Positions 56,148-64,000 of a stretch of 64,000 nucleotides of DNA are shown piece by piece. The stretch is taken from contig JAZQMC010000001.1 in assembly GCA_045543095.1 (NCBI GenBank), positions 623-64,622 on the forward strand, read 5' to 3'. The translations under genes and the position numbers were made by a program. This DNA comes from Candidatus Fimenecus sp. Lineage in GTDB: Bacteria > Bacillota > Clostridia > Oscillospirales > Acutalibacteraceae. Each line of letters starts with the position of its first letter. Position 1 is the stretch's first letter. The notes beneath the pieces are model-generated. The model did not search any database. It was not told where the DNA came from and saw only the letters and a program-made list of their open reading frames with translations.

Positions 56148-56891
56148 TTACTTTCTGTATTTTTCTGTTATAGCGAGCATTTCGTCGCTTAATGTTCCGT
56201 CTTGATTATATGCCACTAAGCTTGCCTCGACCTTTAAACCGTTTTTTGCTCCCCGTTTACCCTCAATGAGCACAAGCCACGGCTGAGTGTCACCTTTTTT
56301 AGATACAAAGCGAAGTTTTTTCGGCTCAATTCCGTTATTTCGCATTGCCACCATAGCATCAAAAACTCTTTCAGGGCGGTGGCAAATGCAGAATTTACCG
56401 CCGAAACGCAGAAGTCTTGAAGCACTTTTTGCAATATCCTCAATATTGCAGGCGATTTCGTGACGGGCAAGAGTTGCACCCTCATCATCGTTCTTAATTC
56501 CGCCACCTGCGATTTTATAAGGCGGATTCATTGTTACCAAATCATAAGTACCTGCCTCAAAATCACCTATATTTTTCAAATCTATATTATGAACTTTAAT
56601 TTTATCTGTATTGTTTAGTGCCAATGAACGATTTATCTGCTCGCAAGCATTCGCCTGAATTTCAACCGCATCAATGCTCTTACATTTGCCGTCGCGAAGC
56701 CATAAAAACGGGATTATTCCGCAACCTGAACCAAAATCACAGGCAATATCATATTTTTTAGGGCTTGCAAATGAGGCTAAAAGCATAGCGTCAGTACCGA
56801 AAGTGTGTTGCTTTGAAACTACAAGACCTACACCCTCACCCAAATCCTCAATATGCTCGCCGTCAAAAAGCACGATATTATCAATCAACAT
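56148..56891 (-). CDS. tRNA (adenine-N6)-methyltransferase, YfiC/TrmN6-like
   Basis: DFGSGCG SAM motif and the NPPY catalytic motif (MNPPYK). I prefer the ATG at 56891 after GAGGA. Confidence 0.78.
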   Translation of the reverse strand: MLIDNIVLFDGEHIEDLGEGVGLVVSKQHTFGTDAMLLASFASPKKYDIACDFGSGCGIIPFLWLRDGKCKSIDAVEIQANACEQINRSLALNNTDKIKVHNIDLKNIGDFEAGTYDLVTMNPPYKIAGGGIKNDDEGATLARHEIACNIEDIAKSASRLLRFGGKFCICHRPERVFDAMVAMRNNGIEPKKLRFVSKKGDTQPWLVLIEGKRGAKNGLKVEASLVAYNQDGTLSDEMLAITEKYRK

Positions 56892-57615
56892 AAATATCCT
56901 CAACATCCTCCATACTTCTTACGGTTGTAATCATAAGAGCAAGGGCATCGTCATTTTTAGGGAATACAAGCGCCTTGATAACCGAAGTATCTTTACGACG
57001 CTTGAATTTTACATCTTTAGCCTCGGTGTAGACAACCTCCATTGAGTGAATTGTTCCACCGCATTGTTTAATCGTTTTTGTAATTAAAGGAATCTGTGTT
57101 CCCACATCTTTGATTTCAATAAAGAGAAGCTTACCCGCAGAACCACGCACAATAAATCTTTTAAGAGAATTAAGTGTAAGATAAATTACAAGGGTTGCCA
57201 CAAGTCCGCCCACAATAAAACCCGAACCAACCGCAATACCTATGCACGAAACCGCCCAAAGAGAAGCAGCCGTTGTAAGTCCTTTAACAGAAAACCCTTC
57301 ACGGAGAATTGTGCCCGCACCCAAGAAACCGATACCGCTTAAAACCTGTGCACTCATTCTTGTAACATCGGTCGTGAGCCCTTGTTCCTTTGCAATATAA
57401 ACTGATGTGAGCATTACAAGTGCCGAGCCAACGGACACAAGAATATGAGTTCTGAAGCCTGCGGGACGGTGTGAATGCTCACGCTCAAAGCCGATAATAC
57501 CGCTTAAAAGTGCCGCGAGCCCGATTTTTACGATTGCGTCAACAGTATAACGCACTTCATCAAATGCCCAACACCATTCGGCCGCATTCTTCAACCATTC
57601 CCAAAATTCTGCCAA
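56881..57615 (-). CDS. mgtC: MgtC/SapB family protein
   Basis: 244 aa with GLAALLSGIIGFEREHSHRPAGFRTHILV and an ACT-like C-terminus. Confidence 0.88.
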   Translation of the reverse strand: MAEFWEWLKNAAEWCWAFDEVRYTVDAIVKIGLAALLSGIIGFEREHSHRPAGFRTHILVSVGSALVMLTSVYIAKEQGLTTDVTRMSAQVLSGIGFLGAGTILREGFSVKGLTTAASLWAVSCIGIAVGSGFIVGGLVATLVIYLTLNSLKRFIVRGSAGKLLFIEIKDVGTQIPLITKTIKQCGGTIHSMEVVYTEAKDVKFKRRKDTSVIKALVFPKNDDALALMITTVRSMEDVEDIYVD

Positions 57616-57635
57616 CAGAACTCAACTCCTAAAAA

Positions 57636-60413
57636 CTATATTTTTCTTAACAATGGTAACACCGACAAAACAACCGCCCAAACTGCCTGATACATAATAA
57701 TCTGCCAAACGCCAATCTGTGCAAGTCCTGAAAGGAATGCGAGCAACACAACACCCGCAACACCTAAAAATGCCGCAACAAATTGAATAACACGTGAAAG
57801 ATTTACAAAATTATTTATTTCAAACGAAGCGTGAAGTGACATAAGCATAGTTTTAATGCCACCGCGGTGAATAATCTTCGCATCAGCACGCTCTGCCTCG
57901 TTATTTTTAACCTTTGTGAACATCTCGCCTGCAACAGGGTTAATTATTTTAACCACATTTGAGGGAAGGCCGAACTCCTGCTCTAAAAACTGCTCTGTAA
58001 TATTAGCGTCTGATGTTCTGAAGAAGATTGTAAGACCGTCTTTTTCAAGTTCACGCATATATCTTGCGGTTTCTTCACTTGCTTTATACACAACAACGAA
58101 CATAGCAGAAATTTTACCCTCAATAGCAAGGTAAATTACATTTCTGCCGTTATTCTTGAATTTTTCTTCAAGTTCTTTGTCGGGCACTTCAACATTGTGG
58201 TGAACAAGCAATTCACGATTACCCACCAATACACGATGATTATGAATCCAACAAGAGCAACCTAATTTTTCTTCATAAGAAAGTGACTCAACAGGGAACA
58301 AAAGCTGACGCTTGCCATCAATTACACCCTCAAAGATTTCTGCCATTACTCCGCCTGATGCAATAACAACCGATGCGGTATAGAGAATAGCCTCGTCAAT
58401 TCGCATTTTGTGGTAAATTTTTATACCCTCAATATTGCAACCGCCCTGCTCAAAAGCATCGCAAGCATCAATTACAACACCGTTTGAGTTAACTGCATCT
58501 TCAACCGCACTGTAGCCGTTGATTACTGCACCCTCAACATTCAACTTTTTATTCACTGCACGAAGATTTACTGCCGCTGAAAGCCCCGCTGCCATGGGAA
58601 GTCCCATAAGCACCGTACCCGCAAAGGTACTTATACCCGCAAAGGCGTTCTTTGAAACAAAGCCGTAAATCAAGCCCGCAAGAAAAGCCACAGCTGTTAC
58701 CGCAGGAACTGCAATATTAAGAAGTGGCCCTGTAACCTCAGCAGAGCGTGAAAGTTCAACAAAGCGTGCAGGAAAACCGATTCTTGCCGAATATTTAATA
58801 TCGGGGTCGCCTAACATAAGACCGCGTGCAATTTCATTTGCCGTGTCCTCGTGACCGATATTTTCAACGCTGTGGGGGTCATCATTTTCTGCAATAACCT
58901 CAAAATTCTCGGCGTCGGTTTTACAACGAACAAGTTCACTTATCGCCTTGAAAATCATCGGAATTACCGAAGCACCCGCTATGAGATGTGCTGTTGACTC
59001 AACATTATCAGTAAATCCGAAGCCTGCAAGACATTGAATAACACCCGCAACTGCCGAAACAGTAATAACGGTATCTACATCTGCGGTTTTATTTTTTATT
59101 CCTGATATTGCATTCTTGAAGCTTGAAATGTTTGTAACACAAGCACAGAGCAAAAGCATTAACTGAACCGCAACATAAACGAATTCATTATTTCCGTAAA
59201 TTTCAAAATTACCGTTTTCAGCACCCGCAACAGCTGATAAAACGCACATTACGAAGGCGATGAATGAAAGAACAACAAGCCTTACAACAACACCCTTTTT
59301 CTCAACCTCAAAAACCTTGCGAACCGCTTTTTTATCTTTAGGGCCAAAGTATTCGCGGGCAACATTCACCTTTCGTCTTTCAAAACGACGTTTGCGACGA
59401 ACCGGCTCTGTTTCTTCGGCAATTTCTTCAGGTTCATCAATTTCTTGCTTGAAAATAAGCCCACCCTTTACAAACTCATCAACAACGCCCTTACGAGTTT
59501 CGCGAAGCTGTGCCTCTGCTTCTTCTTCAGACTGTTGCATTACGGGTTCGTCATCAACAAAGCCCTCAAACATAATCTGATTGTCCTCTTCTCTTGAAGA
59601 AGATATTTCTTCTTTTTCGAGCATATCTTCTGCGGGAACAATTGTGGGCAACGGCTCAAAGCCGTCAGTATTTGAGGAATGAACTCTTTTCACCACAACA
59701 CCGGGGGTTTCAATGGTTTTCGGTGGCAAAGAAGATAACAACGCACGATGCTCCTGTGTTTTTTCAAGATTCTGCACAGGCTTATTCATAAAGTGCTTTC
59801 TGTATTTTTCTTCACCGATTGCAGAGCTTGACAAAGCCTGACCGTCACCCGTAGTTGTTCGAGTAACCTTATTTCCTAAATTATGAGAGATATTTGGATT
59901 ATATGCACCTCTAATGTCAACCTCGTTGAACATTCTTGTTTTTTCAATAGAAATCTGGCTGTCAACAGTCTTGATTTCAGGTTTTTTCTCTTCTGCGGGC
60001 ATTTCTTCGGGGATTTCTTCTGCCTCTACGCTTATGAGTGCACCGCCATCGGTAAGGCCAATCTGACCGTCATCTGTTACAGACACAGCCACTTTTGTTT
60101 CTTCAACCTTATCTTTGTGAAGCTCGGGAATATTGATTTCAAACTTTTTCTCTTTCTTCTGCGGTGCAGGATTAACAGCGGGAATTACCACCGTTTTTTC
60201 CTCTGCTTTTTGCTCTTTTACCGGCTCTGCCTTGACAGATTTTACCTTGGTTTCAACCTTTACAGGCTCTTCCTTTTTGGGCTCTGTACCCATAATATCA
60301 GCAAGCAGAGCGTCAATGCGGGCAGAAGAATATTCTTCTACACTATCATCACCGTTATATTTTTTTGTGCTTTCAAGAATATCGTCAATTAACGATTCAG
60401 GTATTTTTGCCAT
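57636..60413 (-). CDS. P-type-ATPase-like membrane protein with degenerate catalytic motifs and a long acidic/lysine-rich N-terminal region
   Basis: 925 aa. The C-terminal half aligns by eye with P1B ATPases (ADVDTVITVSAVAGV; RVLVGNRELL). DKTGT is replaced by DACDA and TGDN by TSDAN. I found no CPC, TGE or GDGxND motif. Confidence 0.65.
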   Translation of the reverse strand: MAKIPESLIDDILESTKKYNGDDSVEEYSSARIDALLADIMGTEPKKEEPVKVETKVKSVKAEPVKEQKAEEKTVVIPAVNPAPQKKEKKFEINIPELHKDKVEETKVAVSVTDDGQIGLTDGGALISVEAEEIPEEMPAEEKKPEIKTVDSQISIEKTRMFNEVDIRGAYNPNISHNLGNKVTRTTTGDGQALSSSAIGEEKYRKHFMNKPVQNLEKTQEHRALLSSLPPKTIETPGVVVKRVHSSNTDGFEPLPTIVPAEDMLEKEEISSSREEDNQIMFEGFVDDEPVMQQSEEEAEAQLRETRKGVVDEFVKGGLIFKQEIDEPEEIAEETEPVRRKRRFERRKVNVAREYFGPKDKKAVRKVFEVEKKGVVVRLVVLSFIAFVMCVLSAVAGAENGNFEIYGNNEFVYVAVQLMLLLCACVTNISSFKNAISGIKNKTADVDTVITVSAVAGVIQCLAGFGFTDNVESTAHLIAGASVIPMIFKAISELVRCKTDAENFEVIAENDDPHSVENIGHEDTANEIARGLMLGDPDIKYSARIGFPARFVELSRSAEVTGPLLNIAVPAVTAVAFLAGLIYGFVSKNAFAGISTFAGTVLMGLPMAAGLSAAVNLRAVNKKLNVEGAVINGYSAVEDAVNSNGVVIDACDAFEQGGCNIEGIKIYHKMRIDEAILYTASVVIASGGVMAEIFEGVIDGKRQLLFPVESLSYEEKLGCSCWIHNHRVLVGNRELLVHHNVEVPDKELEEKFKNNGRNVIYLAIEGKISAMFVVVYKASEETARYMRELEKDGLTIFFRTSDANITEQFLEQEFGLPSNVVKIINPVAGEMFTKVKNNEAERADAKIIHRGGIKTMLMSLHASFEINNFVNLSRVIQFVAAFLGVAGVVLLAFLSGLAQIGVWQIIMYQAVWAVVLSVLPLLRKI

Positions 60414-60450
60414 AATAAAATTCCCCCGAATTATTTATTATAGTTATAAA

Positions 60451-61224
60451 TTATTTTCTTCTGTAAGCGAATTCGTACATTAAAATGCCTCCGGCAACAG
60501 ATGCATTTAACGAATTGATTTGACCTTTCATTTTGAGCGAGATTATAAAATCGCACTTTTCACGGACAATACGGCTCATACCGTCGCCCTCTGAACCGAT
60601 TACAAGCACCGCAGCACCGTCAAGGTTAACACCGCGGACATCCTCACCGCCCATATCGGCACCATAAACCCACATTCCCTTTTCTTTAAGGTCGTCAAGA
60701 GTTGACGCGAGATTTGAAACGCGTGCAACCTTCATATATTCAAGTGCACCCGCACTTGTTTTACCAACTGTGTAATTAAGTGATGCACTTCTTCTTTTCG
60801 GAATGATTATTCCGTGAACACCCGCCGCCTCGGCAGTACGGATTATTGCACCCAGATTATGCGGGTCTTCAATACCGTCACAAACTACAATGAACGGTGC
60901 TTCGCCTCTTTCTTCAGCAACTGCCAAAATTTCATCAACAGTTGCATAATCGTGAGCCGCACAGATTGCCGCAACGCCTTGGTGATTGGCTTGCCCGCAC
61001 ATAAAGTCTAACTTTTTGCGGTCAACTTCTTTAATTACCACACCTTGTTCACGGCATTCGCCGATAATCTTTCCCACAGAACCGCCTTTTTCACCGCGGA
61101 CAACATACAAGGTGTCAATCTCACGACCCGATTTTATCAGTTCGGTTACTGCATTTCTGCCGATAATTAAATCTTTCTGTCTTTCTTCGTTATATTTATC
61201 GAATTTCTCTGTTTTCTTTTCCAT
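60451..61224 (-). CDS. rlmB: 23S rRNA (guanosine-2'-O)-methyltransferase, SpoU/TrmH family
   Basis: SpoU motifs DPHNLGAIIRTAEA, VLVIGSEGDGMS and SLNASVAGGILMYE. I prefer the ATG at 61224 (MEKKTEKF). The track extension to 61392 is non-coding-like. Confidence 0.85.
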   Translation of the reverse strand: MEKKTEKFDKYNEERQKDLIIGRNAVTELIKSGREIDTLYVVRGEKGGSVGKIIGECREQGVVIKEVDRKKLDFMCGQANHQGVAAICAAHDYATVDEILAVAEERGEAPFIVVCDGIEDPHNLGAIIRTAEAAGVHGIIIPKRRSASLNYTVGKTSAGALEYMKVARVSNLASTLDDLKEKGMWVYGADMGGEDVRGVNLDGAAVLVIGSEGDGMSRIVREKCDFIISLKMKGQINSLNASVAGGILMYEFAYRRK

Positions 61225-61279
61225 ATTCATACTCCATACAGGCATAATTACACATATTATTTTTAATATCTTATTATAA

Positions 61280-61325
61280 CAAAAAACACAAGATATTACA
61301 ATATAAAAATTACAATATCTTGTGT
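61280..61325 (-). terminator. hairpin plus T-run immediately upstream of the rlmB promoter region
   Basis: 12-bp stem ACACAAGATATT/AATATCTTGTGT followed by TTTTTT on the minus strand. Confidence 0.5.
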
Positions 61326-61460
61326 ATTTTATGATTTTCTTATATATTTTATATTCAATCTGTAGGGGTAGGGAGGTCAATGTTCCACGCAATGTTTAAA
61401 GTTGATGTTTTCTTATGAGATTCTTCGCTTCGCTCAGAATGACACGAAGCGTTATTGTTG

Positions 61461-61494
61461 CAAAAGATAACGGCGGGAGCAACCCCCGCCCTAC
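61461..61494 (-). terminator. intrinsic terminator (variant of the GTAGGGCGGGG element)
   Basis: The minus strand reads GTAGGGCGGGGGTTGCTCCCGCCGTTATCTTTT, directly after the stop at 61499. Confidence 0.6.
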
Positions 61495-61498
61495 CGTT

Positions 61499-61984
61499 TT
61501 ATTTTGTTTCTACTCGTTTCATCTTTGCGAATTTTTCGCCCCAAGCGTTTGCCCAGGATTCGCAATAGAGTTTATAGTATGAAACATTATTCTTTTCTCG
61601 GTATTTTGCAAAAACATTGCACCATATCGCTGACGGAATTGCAATTACAGGGTAATAAAGAGGTCCAAGAAGTAAGCATTGCCAAGTATGACCGTACTCA
61701 TGAATTCTTGTATTATATGTCCATTCTTTATTGGGGTGGTCGGCTCGCATAAATATAAAAAGTCCCAATGAGAGTCCGCCCTGATTCCAAGGTACATAAA
61801 CAATATTCGCATAGCCGAATTTTTGGTATTTATAGCCCTTGATTTTTGTGCAAATCAAGAATGCAATACCGCCCACTATATTTACTGAAAGTCCCCAAGT
61901 CCATTGAATTACATAGAAGAAAGCATCAAACAATTTACTTCTTTTAACTGTTGGTGCTGTCTGATTTATATCAATTTTACTCAT
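61499..61984 (-). CDS. small membrane protein with an HExxH motif (putative Zn-metallopeptidase-like)
   Basis: 161 aa with 3-4 TM segments and the motif RIHEYGHTWQ. Confidence 0.55.
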   Translation of the reverse strand: MSKIDINQTAPTVKRSKLFDAFFYVIQWTWGLSVNIVGGIAFLICTKIKGYKYQKFGYANIVYVPWNQGGLSLGLFIFMRADHPNKEWTYNTRIHEYGHTWQCLLLGPLYYPVIAIPSAIWCNVFAKYREKNNVSYYKLYCESWANAWGEKFAKMKRVETK

Positions 61985-61994
61985 AACAACTCTC

Positions 61995-63647
61995 CTATTC
62001 TACACTTGCCATAAGCTGTTTTTTCATTTCTTCAGCTTCTATGAGAATAATGTATTCACCGTTTTCATTCTTATCGAGTGTGTGACCTTGTGTTTCGTCA
62101 TTGTCGCGACCCAACCAAGTGTTTTCAAGTTTTTGACCTGCAAGAGTTTCACAACGCTCTTTTTCTTCAGGTGTAAGTGTTACACTGCCGTATTTATGCT
62201 TTGTAGCAATGGCGGCACGAATCATTGTGTGGTCGTCCTTGGTCATTTTGAAGTTTCTCAAAAGAATGTATGAAATAAGTGCACAAATCATTGGAATTAT
62301 GGCAACACAAAGACGGATACCAAAAATCGCCGCATCGGACTGCTCTACAAATTCAGTAGCCTCACTCTTGGTATCAAGTCCGAAACCACCTAAAATAAGT
62401 GTAACGATAAATGTGTTTATACCACCAGTAACCTGTTTCACCATTGTGTTGCAAGTTGAAACAACACCCTCACGTCTGCGACCTGTAATCAACTCGTCAA
62501 CGTCAGTAAGGTCGGGGAAAACATTATTACAAACAAAACCAATACCGCTCATACCGAAGGGATAGAAAGTCACGCCCAAAAGCATAAGAATAAGCATGTA
62601 TGTTGATTTTGGTGTGCCCGGTTGACTTGCTTGCACAATCAAACCTATTGCAAGACCTAAAATCATAAAAGGTGTTACGATTGTACCGCACTTTTTCTTG
62701 CCGTGTTTCATTGTAAGTGCGTAATTAAGCGGGAATGCGGCAGTTTCAAAAATGCCCGCAAAGGTATTGAACAAGAAATAGTTTTTATATTGATTTGCGA
62801 GGAATGTTACATAATAAATATATGTTGTTGAATAAAAGCTTCTTGCAGTTTCCCAAAAAAAGCTTATTCCGAAATACTGACGGAAAGAACGGCTTTTGAA
62901 TACATCAACATATTCTTTGATTGCCGCCTTTAAATCAAGAGGCTCTTTTTTCATATCTAAAGAGCTTGGTTCTTTTACAAACTTAAATGTGCCATAAATC
63001 GCTACGCTATACATACACGCAAGAATTATGCCTGTAACAAAGAATGGTGCTTTTGCATCTCTGTTGAGTCCGTCTGAAAAGCCGAAAACAGAAAGCATAA
63101 TCAACAAAATAACGTATGACGGCACCATACCCACAGAGTTGAAAATATAACTTACAGATGTATATTGTGTTCGTTTATTGTATTCGGGTGCTAATTCGGG
63201 AAGCATTGCGGTGTGTGGCACGGCAATAACTGTGTATGCGGTTTTGTAAAGAACATAGGCAAACACAAAATATGCAACTGTGGCATAAGGATGATTCTCG
63301 CCGTCAAGACCAAAAGAGTTCCATAACATTATGTATGAAACAAACACTATCGGAATACCCCACTTGAGATATGCACGGTGTCTGCCGTATTTTGAACGTG
63401 TGCGGTCAGTAATAATACCCATAATCGGGTCATTGATACCGTCCCACACAACCGCAACCATAGTAATAAATCCGGCAAATTCAATGTCAAGCCCTACGAC
63501 GCGGGTAAGGAAAATGCTGAAATACATACTGATTATGTATCCGCCACCGCCAAGAAAAATATTGGTAAAACAATATTGAATCATTGGCAAGACCGTGTCT
63601 TTAAATGAACCTTCAACACCTATTGCCTTTTTGAATTTTTCTCCCAT
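61995..63647 (-). CDS. GPH family (glycoside-pentoside-hexuronide):cation symporter, MFS
   Basis: 550 aa with the motif WDGINDPIMGIITDRTRSKYGRHR, typical of MelB/GPH. Hydrophilic C-terminal tail of about 90 aa. Confidence 0.85.
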   Translation of the reverse strand: MGEKFKKAIGVEGSFKDTVLPMIQYCFTNIFLGGGGYIISMYFSIFLTRVVGLDIEFAGFITMVAVVWDGINDPIMGIITDRTRSKYGRHRAYLKWGIPIVFVSYIMLWNSFGLDGENHPYATVAYFVFAYVLYKTAYTVIAVPHTAMLPELAPEYNKRTQYTSVSYIFNSVGMVPSYVILLIMLSVFGFSDGLNRDAKAPFFVTGIILACMYSVAIYGTFKFVKEPSSLDMKKEPLDLKAAIKEYVDVFKSRSFRQYFGISFFWETARSFYSTTYIYYVTFLANQYKNYFLFNTFAGIFETAAFPLNYALTMKHGKKKCGTIVTPFMILGLAIGLIVQASQPGTPKSTYMLILMLLGVTFYPFGMSGIGFVCNNVFPDLTDVDELITGRRREGVVSTCNTMVKQVTGGINTFIVTLILGGFGLDTKSEATEFVEQSDAAIFGIRLCVAIIPMICALISYILLRNFKMTKDDHTMIRAAIATKHKYGSVTLTPEEKERCETLAGQKLENTWLGRDNDETQGHTLDKNENGEYIILIEAEEMKKQLMASVE

Positions 63648-63783
63648 ATAATCACCTACTTGTCAAATTTTCAATCTGACATCGATATAAATTATTAAAA
63701 GAATTTTCGATATACCGATTCTCAACATATCGACTAATGCACTAAACGGTAAACAGAGTTTCTCTGCTTACCGTTTGTATTTT

Positions 63784-64000
63784 TTATATTTCGCCTACGA
63801 AAATTTCAACAGCATTTTCGCAAGTACTAACTTCAACAAAATCGTGAAATCCACCATTTTCACCGTCAAGAGTCCAGTTGACTTGATTCTCAAAAGAAAA
63901 TTTGAAATTCTTTCCTCTTTTTACAACAAGATAATCATTATCAATAACATCACGTGTTACAAACATTGCTTTTAAGATGGATACGAGTTGCATAGGGTTT
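63784..64000 (-). CDS. diacylglycerol/lipid kinase family protein, C-terminal fragment (5' end beyond the window)
   Basis: The C-terminal sequence ...FENQVNWTLDGENGG...VEIFVGEI resembles the DAGK/YegS C-terminus. The frame is open to the window edge. Confidence 0.5.
   Translation of the reverse strand, partial: NPMQLVSILKAMFVTRDVIDNDYLVVKRGKNFKFSFENQVNWTLDGENGGFHDFVEVSTCENAVEIFVGEI

Noticed and set aside
59883-60483. 169-aa and 116-aa plus-strand ORFs opposite the N-terminal region of the P-type-ATPase-like gene
   Set aside because: They are the antisense of an E/K-rich low-complexity coding tract, which yields F/L-rich pseudo-ORFs. There are no start signals.
61225-61392. Track-predicted N-terminal extension of rlmB
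   Set aside because: The extension translates intergenic hairpin and promoter DNA (Cys/Tyr/Ile-rich). The SD GGAG sits 7 nt before the ATG at 61224.

Overview
This is a chromosomal segment from a low-GC anaerobic Firmicute. A Clostridia or Ruminococcus/Oscillospiraceae-like gut or rumen organism is my inference, based on a dockerin-bearing protein, Rnf, GH4/GH43 genes and gene order. The window is densely coding, and I found no rRNA, tRNA, CRISPR array or classical IS/prophage. Main blocks, in order:

- **1-2.6 kb:** pyrH-frr-uppS-cdsA housekeeping cluster on the minus strand.
- **3.9-12.8 kb:** a complete rnfCDGEAB operon, extended by NusG-II and Gx-transporter genes. A tandem FMN_bind-like lipoprotein and an ApbE flavin transferase follow.
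- **13.0-22.2 kb:** a divergently transcribed 10-gene Mrp/Mbh-like cation antiporter cluster (E-F-G-DUF4040-B-C-D-D-D-A(L-like)), then TspO.
- **22.7-41.9 kb:** housekeeping genes (M18 aminopeptidase, coaE, tsaC, prfA, galT, comEC-holA, acyl-CoA ligase, Isf-like flavoprotein, trxA). Among them are a secreted lipase, a MATE pump and an orphan AAA/DUF4143 ATPase.
- **42.6-54.6 kb:** a carbohydrate and hexuronate region (melA-like GH4, GH43, uxuA, SDR, kdgK, eda), a flavodiiron protein, an HTH-fused L-serine dehydratase and an LRR protein with two dockerins.
- **55.3-64 kb:** an rlmB / degenerate P-type-ATPase-like / mgtC / methyltransferase / rsmI operon and a GPH transporter.

The most unusual items:
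1. A DUF559 (Vsr-like nuclease fold) gene bracketed by inverted, GC-rich, double-hairpin REP-like units, inserted between kdgK and eda.
2. An orphan promoter-to-terminator unit of about 410 nt with no credible ORF (candidate ncRNA), in the 710-bp trxA/melA convergent gap.
3. The back-to-back Rnf and Mrp/Mbh-like clusters.
4. A PplA/FmnB-like lipoprotein-ApbE pair with a non-canonical flavinylation-type motif.
5. A catalytically degenerate P-type-ATPase homologue coupled to MgtC.
6. An XRE-HTH::L-serine dehydratase fusion.

All functional calls rest on motif and architecture recognition by eye. No database search was possible.
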